Positions 48,618 through 57,200 of a stretch of 63,324 bases of DNA are shown here, piece by piece. Numbering within the stretch: the stretch's first letter is position 1; each line of letters opens with the position of its first letter. The translations under genes were made by a program, and so were the position numbers. The notes under the pieces are model-generated. The model made no database searches and was not told the origin of the DNA. It worked only from the letters and a program-made list of their open reading frames with translations. The DNA is from Octopus bimaculoides (taxonomy: Eukaryota), in contig NC_069004.1 of assembly GCF_001194135.2 (NCBI RefSeq), forward strand, positions 17,137,711 to 17,201,034, in the 5' to 3' direction.

Positions 48618-51244
48618 AGGGAACAGTGAAAATGTCTGTGAAGAAATGAGAATTTTATTGAAAGACTAAATCAAATAAAAACCTGATAAGCAATGTTCTT
48701 TCTCATTTTTAGAAGTTGATGCACACAAAATCATATGTTGCCTCAGACAAATATGCAAATGCATGTAAACACTCATTGTAATTCTTTCAAGAGAATTCTC
48801 ATTTCTTCAAAGAAAGGTCATTCTTCAGACATTACAACTCACTATTCTTCATGGCATAAAAGCCCAGCTTATTTTTCAAATTTTATCAGCTTTTATCAGC
48901 ACATTGAAAATAATGATTTATTTTATCAGTTGGCAGATATAAGCACCAATCAGCAAACTATTTGTTAAAATTATAAGCAAAGGCCAATGGCTTGTTTAGG
49001 CTCAAAGGCCTGGGTATGTCTGGTGAGACATGATATGCTGAAACGACTGTGTTCCAGAATCCCTTGCACCAAGAAACAGAGCATGTTACAAACACACTGT
49101 CGTCATAAAAGGGAGAACTTTTTCTCCTATGACATATACAATAGTCAGTTGTATATCTTGTGCTTGAATCTGCTTGGACATATTAAGAATAAATATGCAA
49201 TTATTATTTTTTTAATATTGTTTTTTACTTTTGTTTTCATTTCATGCTTATGCAGACCATTGCTGTTTTCCTGGGACTTTTGTTCTTTCAATTTTACTGT
49301 AATTGGTAACTCTTTTGATACCAACTCACTTGCGACTGCCTCTGGTCCTTATTTAAAAATATTCATATTCAAATTAAATCTTCATATAGTTTTATGTAAG
49401 AATTTTTTACTAGGTTCCAAACATAGAAGTTTACTAAACTAATCCAAATTCATTCCCCAAATTAATTGAAATATACAGTCCAATCCATGCCAGCATTGAA
49501 AATGGACATTAAATGGAGAGGAAGAGGAGAAACAGAATGATGATGGTGGTGGTGGTGGTGGCGGCAGCACCTTCTTTCATTTTCCATCAACCAAATCCAC
49601 TCACAAGTCTTTGGTCAACTTAAAGTTACAATGGAAGACACTTGCCCAGGGTGCCATGCAGTGGGACTGAACCCAAGACTTCATGATTGGGAAGCAAACT
49701 TCTCAACCACACATCCACATCTGCACCAAGGATGCTTTATACTGAATGTATAATTATTAATTAATAATCCATTCAGTGTAATAAATGTTATTAACTTAGC
49801 AATTATATAAAAAAAAAAAGCCCTTTTATGTGTATATTAGTTTCTGTTGTCCACTAGTTGTAAAACATGTGTGAACATACAGATGCACCCTGCATAGAAG
49901 AGGGTGCAGTGAAGATGAGTGTTGACATTTCAGGCAAAGCTGTTCTGGAAAGAAATGTAAATTATATTGGAATGCTGTAGATCAAATAAAACGTGTCTGT
50001 GTGCCATGAAGCAAGATAAACAATGTTCCTTCTGATATTTAGTAGTTGGTGCTCACGAAACCTTATCTAAGAAGTTCTGTAAAATAAAGGATAATAACTG
50101 CTGCCCTTTCTGACCCAATGATAAAAATAAATAAATCTAAATTCTCTCCTACCCTTCTGAACCTTTATAGATTTCGATTTTGGAGTTATTCCCCCTGTCT
50201 TTGAAAACACTTAATCACTAATGCTATCAAGGTCTTTTTTTCTTTATATTTTTGTTGGATCTATTTTAAAACGGGGGCCACATTTTTCATTAATGTTTTA
50301 CGTAGTGTTTTTGGTACGGAAAGACTTTCAAACTTCGTATACTTATCTATTTTGTGTTATAGAACAGAAAAATATTTTTGTATTCGAATTTATTTCATGT
50401 AAAAAATTGTCTTATTTCGATAATTTCAACCAATCACTGACAAGTATTCAGTTGTTTACATTTACCCCTTTNNNNNNNNNNNNNNNNNNNNNNNNNNNNN
50501 NNNNNNNNNNNNNNNNNNNNNNNNNNNNNNNNNNAGGGTTAGAGTTAGGGTTAGGGTTAGGGTTAATTGTTTCAGAATCGTTTGTTTATGTAGTCGGCAC
50601 TTAATGTATATCGGCTGAATGGACGTCAGTGATTGGTTGAAATTACAGAAATACGACAACTTTAACATGGAATAATTTATGGATTTCTTTTTTTTTTTAA
50701 GAAGACTAAGAGAAAAAGATGTTTTATATGACACATTCTACCAGTGTTCCAAGTTTCAAAGTGTTTCGTTAATGAAAAATGTGGCCCCCATTTTAAAAAA
50801 GATCCTTTTTGTTTTCTTACTTGTTTCCTTTGTTTTCTACTTGTTTCAGTCATTGGACTGCAGCCATGCTGGGGCACCACTTTGCAGGGTTAAGTTGAAC
50901 AATTCTATATCAAGCACTTAATTTTTTTTAAGTCTGATATTTAGTTGTGTTTCTTTCTATTCTTATTTTGAATCCTACCAAGGTGGCCTCAGTTATATAA
51001 GTACCCAGCAAGAAATGGTGGTTGGTTCTAATAATAGACTGTATCCATTCTTCTAAAATGTGAGTGTGTACATGCAGAAAATTAATGTATGTTGGATTTG
51101 TCTATTTTGCAGATTGAAGAGAAAGCAATAACAGACCTCATGGCATACTACATAGACCAGGTATCTTTTGACGAAACCATCAGCATCGAGAGGGAATATG
51201 TCCATATAGAACAGCCATTGTGGAATGTAAACCGCAAACTCTGA
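631..51244 (+). CDS. IBTK: IBTK (inhibitor of Bruton tyrosine kinase)-like gene, 3' portion. 18 visible coding exons; 5' exons upstream of the window; one internal exon not visible
   Basis: Manually spliced exons translate to RCC1-repeat, BTB1, BTB2, BACK-like and C-terminal segments collinear with human IBTK as I recall it (e.g. HTVVFT..IYAAGFNGGQLG; AHRYIL; LQFIYTNTCDLL; CHKCVLIARSEYF; RVITPFSEGPD; IQIEEKAITDL..PLWN). All introns are GT-AG and phases match except across 11674-19259. Confidence 0.95.
1258..1362 (+). mobile_element. mariner transposase fragment
   Basis: translates as KSWVYKYDPGMKQQSSQLKKAARS (first catalytic-Asp region of mariner). Confidence 0.65.
1365..1822 (-). mobile_element. 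mariner 5' fragment with left TIR and HTH-coding remnant
   Basis: minus strand KNEHFCRILLFYFHKGKKAAEAHKEICEVY...DDQRSGRPTEVD, with a stop; TIR-like tatgggttggcaagaaagtaat. Confidence 0.85.
2658..2851 (+). CDS. IBTK: IBTK exon (RCC1 repeats), GKVHSCGSNEHFQLG...YAAGFNGGQL
   Basis: ttcacag acceptor; G|gtaagt donor; RCC1 motifs; lies in ORF 2578..2880. Confidence 0.95.
4673..4844 (+). CDS. IBTK: IBTK exon, GPLKGEHY...VESSDAATVCLSKNGHVYVFHEFLSRKITS
   Basis: gacag acceptor; GA|gtaagt donor; resembles human ASDGATVCVTTRGDIY. Confidence 0.92.
5978..6119 (+). CDS. IBTK: IBTK exon, LNLATRITLIGGTL...HLVILIFCKSQKR
   Basis: attatag acceptor; AGG|gtaaaa donor; supplies the required phase 2 to phase 0 link; resembles human LNLKKVLVSGG..ICIL. 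Confidence 0.8.
7104..7275 (+). CDS. IBTK: IBTK exon, VCIWWSNTPVIKYCRFD...IVTTKGETYIGKW
   Basis: cttttcag acceptor; T|gtgagt donor; resembles human VFCWRS..KQCRW..SDIALN..FVTQDGEGFRGRW. Confidence 0.88.
7435..7492 (+). pseudogene. 5'-truncated tRNA-Leu(TAG) copy (positions 27-76) ending in CCA
   Basis: Anticodon arm ctggt/accag with loop attaggt; long variable arm tctcttcggaggt; T arm gtggg/cccac; then tgcttcc-a-cca. No D arm or 5' acceptor strand. Confidence 0.8.
8010..9900 (+). mobile_element. Decayed RTE-clade LINE (RT and C-terminal region)
   Basis: frameshifted remnants ELLYVDDQVLLAESIAELEKKFQPW and ITGRLTEKAGFLCGRC; ends in the same tail as other RTE copies. Confidence 0.8.
10770..11125. 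repeat. Degenerate minisatellite (ttgtatggagtgtagtgtggta-like units)
   Basis: recurring tgtatggagtgtag / gtgtagtg units; produces the Y/T/H-rich spurious ORFs. Confidence 0.7.
11508..11673 (+). CDS. IBTK: IBTK exon, ...LHMKRLPYIHRATHLAISHDEKNFVVTQTDPFA
   Basis: tttgcag acceptor; AG|gtttct donor; resembles human IRLEKLTFAHRAVSVSTDPSGCNFAILQSDP. Confidence 0.88.
13508..14159. other. Assembly gap. Other large gaps: 15122-15674, 33543-34382, 43823-44497, 50472-50534
   Basis: N runs. Confidence 1.
14306..14537 (+). mobile_element. tRNA-derived SINE family A (central domain resembling Deu/Nin type), near-complete copy. Others at about 22248-22457(-), 32077-32306(-), 41055-41285(-), 46909-47155(+), 61750-61890(+)
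   Basis: A-box tggcagaaacgttag, B-box gagttcaaattcc; shared core gcctttcatcctttcggggtcgat..aagtaccag across copies. Confidence 0.85.
18670..18900 (-). mobile_element. RTE-like LINE endonuclease 5' fragment interrupted by telomere-like repeat
   Basis: minus strand WEVTTLTDKEQELMEE...NLDEGWKL..S.V / AQVRVGIFTSP resembles APE domain N-terminus. Confidence 0.6.
18704..18739. repeat. Interstitial telomere-type repeat (AGGGTT)6
   Basis: six perfect hexamers read directly. Confidence 0.95.
19260..19609 (+). CDS. IBTK: IBTK exon (BTB1), SGCKSWFAHRYIL...LQFIYTNTCDLL...DPIALLVQLAKKLELNELVQ
   Basis: long polypyrimidine tract + ccag acceptor; AG|gtttgt donor; BTB motifs. Confidence 0.93.
22538..22633 (+). 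CDS. IBTK: IBTK exon, LDNVCLYENKVYFKKKVRRLSFSEPKFDRSA
   Basis: poly-T + gaag acceptor; TT|gtaagt donor; resembles human RLDGVRFENEKI. Confidence 0.88.
23410..23990 (+). mobile_element. RTE (BovB-like) LINE 3' fragment
   Basis: LLYLCEAW..LERFHQRCLRHI..RLRWTGYLIRMKDSRIPKQMLYGEL, followed by CNVCSRVCLSRAGLISH. Confidence 0.88.
25598..25789 (-). mobile_element. RTE LINE 3' tail. Other copies at about 1815-1960, 48281-48561, 51730-52150, 54740-54920 (+)
   Basis: shared ggaagggcatccagctgtagaaac..gcatggaaagcggacgttaaac(gat)n terminus. Confidence 0.8.
25950..26073 (+). CDS. IBTK: IBTK exon (BTB2), SALSDVTIKCSDSKDQFKCHKCVLIARSEYFRSMFSCVWRE
   Basis: ggccag acceptor (the only phase-compatible AG); GAG|gtaagt donor; canonical BTB start. 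Confidence 0.93.
27229..27322 (+). CDS. IBTK: IBTK exon (BTB2), TSASTLTLSFPADVLEIFLWYLYTNDIPNLK
   Basis: ctctatag acceptor; G|gtaagt donor; BTB YLYT motif. Confidence 0.92.
27645..28030 (+). mobile_element. tRNA-derived SINE family B (CORE-like). Others at about 12460-12900, 26270-26620, 34718-35110, 57430-57780 (+); 40615-41390, 47600-47975, 55250-55620, 55875-56270, 58600-58975, 62395-62620 (-)
   Basis: head ggctgtgtggtaagaagcttg..gggttcagtccca; ccttgggcaa; internal CA/TA microsatellite; tail gactgaaacaagtaaaaga. Confidence 0.85.
29023..29115 (+). CDS. IBTK: IBTK exon, CILLQEILAKAEETLLVDLKHLCEIQIIRA
   Basis: tattctag acceptor; A|gtaagt donor; BTB C-terminal L..LCE motif. Confidence 0.9.
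29329..30210 (+). mobile_element. Internally deleted, decayed mariner with both TIRs
   Basis: TIRs tacaaggtgatatcaaaaagttctcaggctag / ctagtctgaaaaccttttgataccatctcgta; remnants EQRTNMKF, RTQCFE, SLEDNEQSGRP, HLPYSLDLATADF. Confidence 0.88.
30453..31790 (-). mobile_element. Ty3/Gypsy remnant: integrase fragment, polypurine tract and probable 3' LTR (about 30453-30727)
   Basis: ORF 31313..31648 YLIIVDIFTKWPEV..PDTILSDNGTQF; minus strand aaaaggtgaga (PPT) immediately before TGTGG at 30727. Confidence 0.8.
31800..32070 (+). mobile_element. mariner 3' fragment containing a fold-back duplication
   Basis: LNGKTFNNDDGLKLHLLQFLAE ... QKLYEHGIGKLPEICQNVIEQNGKYISD*. Confidence 0.85.
32652..32769 (+). 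CDS. IBTK: IBTK exon (BACK-like), NMNNIFDLLRFAMIYSAENLQKTCLQGICDNITHFLEL
   Basis: tttgccag acceptor; AG|gtaagt donor; resembles human NAAMLLEFAAMYSAKQLKLSCLQFI. Confidence 0.92.
33351..34698 (-). mobile_element. Full-length-sized mariner (1348 bp, centre in N gap), frameshifted
   Basis: near-identical about 31-bp TIRs tcaggtcatcc(c/t)ataagttctgtccga; MEVSKEHLRHIMLYEYKK, +1 frameshift, GNSAAEATQNIHSVYG; C-terminus FYIDGIKKLVNRWKEVIDNQGKYIDD*. Confidence 0.92.
35133..35460 (-). mobile_element. tRNA-derived SINE family C; its 3' part is also at 1-245 (+)
   Basis: minus-strand head tggctcagtggttagagc..gagttcgatt; tail ggtcattcatgaccgaagggggtcttt(t)a(t)cc shared with 1-245. Confidence 0.75.
35843..35903 (+). 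CDS. IBTK: IBTK exon, LLDPIEEEVMYEISKFYKAN
   Basis: ttttacag acceptor; AAT|gtaaga donor; resembles human SLDVLSDGVLKDLSEFYRK. Confidence 0.88.
36190..36735 (+). mobile_element. RTE LINE 3' fragment
   Basis: KGRLYDACVCTAMLHGSEKW and RRLHWFGYAMRM remnants; RGSTPKKTWDKVVRKDL. Confidence 0.8.
36861..38118 (-). mobile_element. Tc1-like transposon, complete ends, degraded transposase
   Basis: about 29-bp TIRs caggggttggacaaaataatggaa, TA on both sides; ORFs 37579..37929 (HTH) and 37118..37360 (FQDDNTPIH). Confidence 0.95.
39213..39554 (+). CDS. IBTK: IBTK exon, SKCVRHRVITPFSEGPD...poly-N/D...HMQNE
   Basis: ttttgtag acceptor; GAG|gtattt donor; RVITPxxxGPD motif; ORF 39222..39614. Confidence 0.9.
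39803..40035 (+). CDS. IBTK: IBTK exon, AGALNQSFTES...PPQTVISLTNIMAEQQSQLPQQ
   Basis: ttcacag acceptor; AA|gtaatt donor; open frame; resembles human PPVVDLRTIMEIE. Confidence 0.85.
41603..41677 (+). CDS. IBTK: IBTK exon, EVKSRCQNLKAAKSGSHENNKNTF
   Basis: tttttag acceptor; AG|gtaaga donor; open and phase 2/2 compatible; weak homology (disordered region). Confidence 0.75.
42900..43176 (+). mobile_element. Helentron-associated (HINE/DINE-like) non-autonomous element, tentative
   Basis: (acaa)n microsatellite followed by hairpin ccttca-ccttag-tgaagg and a taataat terminus; class assignment is inference. Confidence 0.4.
43600..43822 (+). mobile_element. Penelope-like element GIY-YIG endonuclease fragment
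   Basis: FTCTSENLIYVIKCSGCHKNYIGST..H..H. Confidence 0.88.
44540..45300 (-). mobile_element. Penelope-like element N-terminal/RT fragment
   Basis: ORF 44580..45110 LLADKGNATVVMNKSDY..PHMYGLPKIHKDDIPLRAIVS. Confidence 0.9.
45310..46790 (-). mobile_element. Decayed, internally deleted RTE LINE
   Basis: WKLGVDEWLVRVVQAMYRDAVSKVRV joined to LWIHKRCSGITGRLTEKVVF; endonuclease-linker remnants upstream. Confidence 0.8.
47202..47430 (+). CDS. IBTK: IBTK exon, WGLTSCRK...SPPPPPVISPW...LTDIVKDELEKSQNLSRTRNKTLHYIQ
   Basis: attgtag acceptor; CAG|gtaaat donor; resembles human FASIVEEELQQEAALIRSREKPLALIQ. Confidence 0.92.
50258..50804. mobile_element. Palindromic MITE-like element with central TTAGGG-type repeat
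   Basis: outer IR ttttaaaa(c/t)gggggccacatttttcattaa; inner IR taatttcaaccaatcactgac (50421-50441 / 50625-50645). Confidence 0.65.
51113..51244 (+). CDS. IBTK: IBTK last coding exon, IEEKAITDLMAYY...EQPLWNVNRKL*
   Basis: ttttgcag acceptor; TGA at 51242-51244; resembles human C-terminus IEEHAIQDLLVFY...VPMWN. Confidence 0.93.
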   Translation: MEEKAITDLMAYYIDQVSFDETISIEREYVHIEQPLWNVNRKL

Positions 51245-54085
51245 TATAACGAGACTCTTCTTTCCTGCCCTCCTCACTCATAGCTATTAGCTGTGAGAAA
51301 TATAAACTACATGTGTGTGTGTACGTATGTATGTGTGTGTATTGACAAACCATGTGTGCAATGACAAAATAAGACAACCTCAATATTGTTGGTAATTGAA
51401 GACTAAATTTATTAAATGACGCAAGTAAGCATTCTACATCTGTGTCATTTTATATATATGATGTTATATTAGCTATAATCAACACTAATCCTTCATGACA
51501 AAGTATAGTAGGGATATCAACTTCAAAATGAACCTGGATCAAGTAAAGTGTATAAAAGTGCAACATATGCTTTTCATTTTTACTTATGAGATGAGTTGCT
51601 GCCATTAAATTAGCTAAAGGCTTAGCAAAAATGTTAATGACTATATATATATTTATTTATGTGTGTGTATGTGTAAATAAGACAACCTCAATATTGTTGG
51701 TAATTGAAGACTAAATTTATTAAATATATGTATAGTGCCAGTGGAGCGCTAACAGCACCGTCCGAGCGTGATCCAGAGTGACTGTCTGGCTTCCGTGCCA
51801 GTGGCACATAAAAAGCACCATTTGAGCATGATTGTTACCAGCGTCGCGTTACTGGCACTTGTACTGGTGGCATGTGAAAAATCATTCAAGCGAGGTCGTT
51901 GCCAGTGCCACTGGACTGGCTCCTGTGCAGGTGGCACGTAAAAAAACACCATTTGAGTGTGGCCGTTGCCAGTACCGACTGACTGATTCTCGTGCCGGTG
52001 GCACGTAAAAGCACCCACTACACTCTCAGAGTGGTTGGTGTTAGGAAGGGCATCCAGCTGTAGAAACTCTGCCAGATCAGATTGGCGTCTGGTGCAGCCA
52101 TCTGGTTTGCCAGTCCTCTGTCAAATCGTCCAACGATGATGATGATGTTGATGTATATATGAGATTAAATAAATGACAAGAGAACAGGAATTATGTAATC
52201 ATCTTCGTTAGCTTACAACTGTTTCTGCATTTTATAGCAGAAACAGCTGTAAGCTGATGAAGCTGTTCTTTTGTCATTTATTCAATTTCATATTACACAC
52301 TGGACTTGCATTACACTTCATTTTGAAGCATATGTATATTGAGTTCTAACACTAGATTATTAATATTGCTATACCTAAGTAAAACCTTAAAACATATTTT
52401 TTCCTATAGTTTCAGCTGAGAGCTGCGGCCATGCTGATGCACCACCGTTTACATATTTATATATATATGTATATATAATATATGTATGTAACTCTTTAGA
52501 CTAATGGGTATACATCAATTGGTGTGTTGAGTAAAGCATGTTCACAGTTTGTATTGCCTGGGGTCATCCACGGTTGGGGTATATATCTGCTGAATCTACA
52601 TCAGGAAGTCCACAGTGTTAGCTGAGATAATGATAACTGATGAAGGAAGCAGAGGATAGATTTAGCAGGAGCCTTTATTCAGTTCAATGATTGTTTTGAC
52701 TCATCCTGAAACTGTCTGTTATGGGTTGGATTTTGTGCATCTAATTGTGTTGCATCAATCTATGCAGTTTGTATCTCATCAGGTATATTTAGCGGGACAT
52801 CCCCTTCTTTATGTATTCATATGCATATACATAGGAGAAATTACAATAAACACAAGTCTGTATCATTTGTTCCTGTGTACATGTGACCATTGTGGTTGTT
52901 TGAAGCTCTGCATTGGATATTCTAAATGCAATTTGATGTTTAACCACAATGGACCTTTCTAACTAAATTCAATAAAGTGTTCCCCAGTGATCCGTTGTGG
53001 TTAAGTATCTTGAAACATCAAATGCAGAGTTCCAAACAACACAAGGGTGAAATGTATGTAGGAATAGATTATATAAGCTTGTGCTTATTATAATTTCTTC
53101 TACATTTGCTCTGTATGTCACAACTAGCATACTGCTAAGTATGTTAGTAGCTTAACCACTATACTGGAAGCAGACTGGATGATGGTAATCTACATGGAGC
53201 TCTAAACTTAATGGTAACTGTCTTACATCTATTTCTACACACAAGATACACTATGTATATACATAGACGTGTGTGTATATTTTGCCAAAGAATTGTTTTA
53301 AAATGTACTACTTTTATTATGTTTTAAATTTACCTTCCACCATACAGATGTAACATTTGCCCTTAATATCTAAGGAAAGCGTTTGAAATAGCATCTGATT
53401 TAATCCTCCATTCTCATTAAATGTTGAATCTAACATGGCAAAATTTTCTTAGACTTTATAAATAAACAATTCCCTGTTAACCAGCATTACAAAACAAAAT
53501 TTTTACAGAAATGACATAAAGGAAGTTATTGTTGCATTGTCAATAGGAAAAACTAAACGACATGTAACAGAACTAAATCAACAAAAGTAAATTGCACACT
53601 CTTTAAGCTTGTCATGAAATACTAAAGCAATGATATATGGATCAAAGATTTCTTCTGAAAAAATTAAACCCAGAGACAGAGCATAAAAATTACACTGAAA
53701 CACTGATGGATACATTTAAAATATGATAATGTCACAGTACAGAAAAATAGAAAAATATTTTTTCTTCAGTAATTAACAATTTCTGTAAGTATTTAAATAT
53801 CTTAAGAAGGTAATTCATCTTGATTAATGAATAAGTAAAAACAGAATTACTATACTCCCTTACACTGTTTTCTTGATGCAGCTGCAGGCAGAAGTTGATA
53901 TCCCTATTTTACTTTGAATTGTTAGTGCTAAAACCATTCTTGGTTGTTCATTTGATGACTGCTGCCAGAAGACACCTCTTCTGCTGTATGAGACTACAAT
54001 TAATGTTGACCATAATTATTATAACAAAATAAATATATCACCTTTCTATACATAATTGAGTTCACTTGTTTATGACAATACATTA

Positions 54086-54122
54086 TATATGTATATATAT
54101 ATATATTATATATATATATATA

Positions 54123-54205
<83 letters not shown>

Positions 54206-54228
54206 CATGCATACATACATACACACAC

Positions 54229-54262
<34 letters not shown>
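54086..54262. repeat. Long (TA)n/(CA)n microsatellite (one of dozens in the window)
   Basis: read directly. Confidence 0.95.
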
Positions 54263-54263
<1 letters not shown>

Positions 54264-57200
54264 GAATTTGTGTGTCTGTGTGTAAACAATAAAACTACTT
54301 GTTTTAATTGTAAATGTTACTTGTGGTTGAGTGTTTGCCTAAGTATGTGTCTTTGCGTACACACATTACTGTATATGTATGTGTACTCGTGGTTGTTTAT
54401 ATATTTCTTCCCCCTTGTACACTCTTACAAACCCCCACCCACACACCCTTCTAGCGTCTCTGTCCCCAATCACTACTACTCACTTTGTACCCTGAAGTGC
54501 TACCTGAATACCTCATCACCACTACATTTCTCTTTGGAGATATTACGGATTCATTCTCACTCTCTCCCTTAAATATGAGTAACCTGATATACCTCCTCCT
54601 CTTCAACAAGCTCTAGCTCTACCCTAACCTCTCTTCTCTTACACTTTAACCCCCATAAGGATGCACTCCCACCCCCCTTCTCAGGATTTGCAGACTTGCA
54701 AGCTGCATGGTGGGTGATCTCAACAGTGTTGGTGACATGAAAGAAGGACCCAGTACGTACTGTAAAGTGGTTGGTGTTAGGAAGGGCTTCCAGTTGTAGA
54801 AATCATAGCAAGACAAACACTGGAACATGGTGTAGTCTTTAGACCCATGGGATCCTTGTCAAACTGTCCAGAATGGAACATGGATGTTAAATGATAAAGA
54901 TGATGATGATGATGATGATAACTGTATTTGCTGGCATATAAGATACACTTTTTATTTTTATTTTTAAATGTATTCAAAAATGTCCTTGCATCTAACATGA
55001 CCATTTTACAGATTGGAAACCAAGCATCATAGGCTACAAATCTGGGTGAGCATAAGTCTGCAAGGTACAATAACTGTTACTTCTAATAATATATCAAAAG
55101 CAAGCAAATATATATCATAGTCTGTTAGCACAGACTTACAAAAAATTGCTTATATTACATCAGCTGTTATGTGGGGGAAGCCACATCATCTCATTGTACC
55201 TCCTTTCAGCATACATAACTCACACCTGCATAATTTAATGGCTTCATTGCCTTAATCTTTTACTCGTTTCAGTCATTAGACTGTGACCATGCTGGGGCAC
55301 CACCTTGAAGAAGCTTAGTTGAACGAATCAACCCCAGTACTTTTTTTCTTAAGCCTGGTACTTATTCTGTCAGTCTCTTTTGCCAAACTGCTAGGTTACG
55401 GGGACGTAAACACACACCAACACTGTTTGTCAAGCAGTGATAGGCGGGGGGGGGGGAACTCAGACACAAAGACACACACGACAGACTTCTTTCAGTTTCT
55501 GTCTACCAAATCCACTCTAAAGATTCAAGGCTATTGTGCAAGACACTTACTTGCCCAGGTGTTATGCAGTGGGACTGGCCCCAGAACCATGTGGTTGAGA
55601 AGCAAACTGCCATACAACCACACCTAAGAAACAATTTTTTAATTTTCTGAATTAAAAATTCTCCTAGAAAGCTAAAAAGCCATGAGTGGATGGCAACAAA
55701 ACCATAGTGATAATGTGACAACCCTGATATCCAATCATGGTTACACAAAATATTGCAGCCAGAAATACAATTTTTACAGCCTGTTTGGCAATTCTCTTGA
55801 CCAAAATATGAACAACTATGCAAGTGATCTGAAAGAAGTTAAACTTGAAATATGGTAATCATATAATGTAGTTTACTCTTTTACCTGTTTCAGTCATTTG
55901 ACTGTGGCCATGCTGAAGCACCTCCTTTAGTCGAGCAAAGCAACCCCAGGACTTATTCTTTGGAAGCCTAGTACTTATTCTATCGGTCTCTTTTGCCAAA
56001 CCGCTAAGTTATGGGGACCTAGACACACCAGCATCGGTTGTCAAGCAATGTTGGGGGGACAAACACAGACACACATACAAACACACGCACATACATATAT
56101 AAATAAATATATACGACGGGCTTCTTTCAGTTTCTGTCTACCAAATCCACTCACAAGGCTTTGGTCGGCCTGAGGCTACAGTAGAAGACACTTGCCCAAG
56201 GTGCCACGCAGTGGGACTGAACCCAGGACCATGTGGTTTGTAAGCAAGCTACTTACCACACAGCCACTCCTATGATAAATTTATTGTTTCATACTTTATT
56301 CCAACACACTATCAAAATAAGTCATATATTTTCCCCTAACAAAACCAATTCAAAATATCTTTCGGTATGTGTATGATGAAACATACTAAATTTGTCTTTT
56401 TCCACAAAATATACTTGTAAAATATGAGTGCATCTTATTCATTAGCATTTGTTTTTGTCTGTATGTTTGTGTGTGTATGCATGCATACATTTGTTTGTGG
56501 CTATTTATATGTAGATCTGTTTATTGTTGTGCTAAATTAAGTTTAAGCAACATCTTCTCGTCTCTCTTTCCATATTTTATTTCATTTTTGTTCCTGATGA
56601 AGGACAGGTGTCTGAATCATTGAATTTTCCTCTCTTCTTTTCTGCGTAAAAATTATTTTGCATGTATTCTTGTTTGTTGTCTTTTATTTCTGAAACATTT
56701 TTTCAGATATGTTTATTTACTTATATGTTTGTGCATATTTTTATATATGTATAGGTGCAAGCATGGCTGTGTGATTAAGAAGTTTGCTTTGAGTTCAATT
56801 ACATGATATTTGAGTTCAATTGCATGATATTCAGCAAGTGTCATCTACAACAGCTTCTTGCTGAGAAATGTCTTGTGAATGAAATTTGGTTGATGAAAAT
56901 TCAATTCTGTGACAGGAAGAGCATCATGCTTTAAAATTCAACATGAAATTGTTCCCAATCAACACATACAAACACAAGAAAACAGTCATTGAATGAATGA
57001 AAGAATAATTGCCAATATTGTCAGAGTATAGGAGAAAATACTTTGTGATATTTTGTTCTGATTCTTTATGCTCTGAGTTCAAATTCTATTAAGGTCAACT
57101 TTGATGTTCATCCCTTCAGGGTTGATAAAATAAAGTAGCAGTCTCAAGCAGTGGATTGGAAGGATTGTTTGAATGTGGGATGAGATGCCTAGTGGTATTT

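Noticed and set aside
52500-53240. Repeat-poor stretch with coding-looking minus-strand frames (e.g. MLVVTYRANVEEIII...DHWGTLY)
   Set aside because: Several stops, no recognisable family and no clear splice sites; tBLASTx/HMMER would be needed
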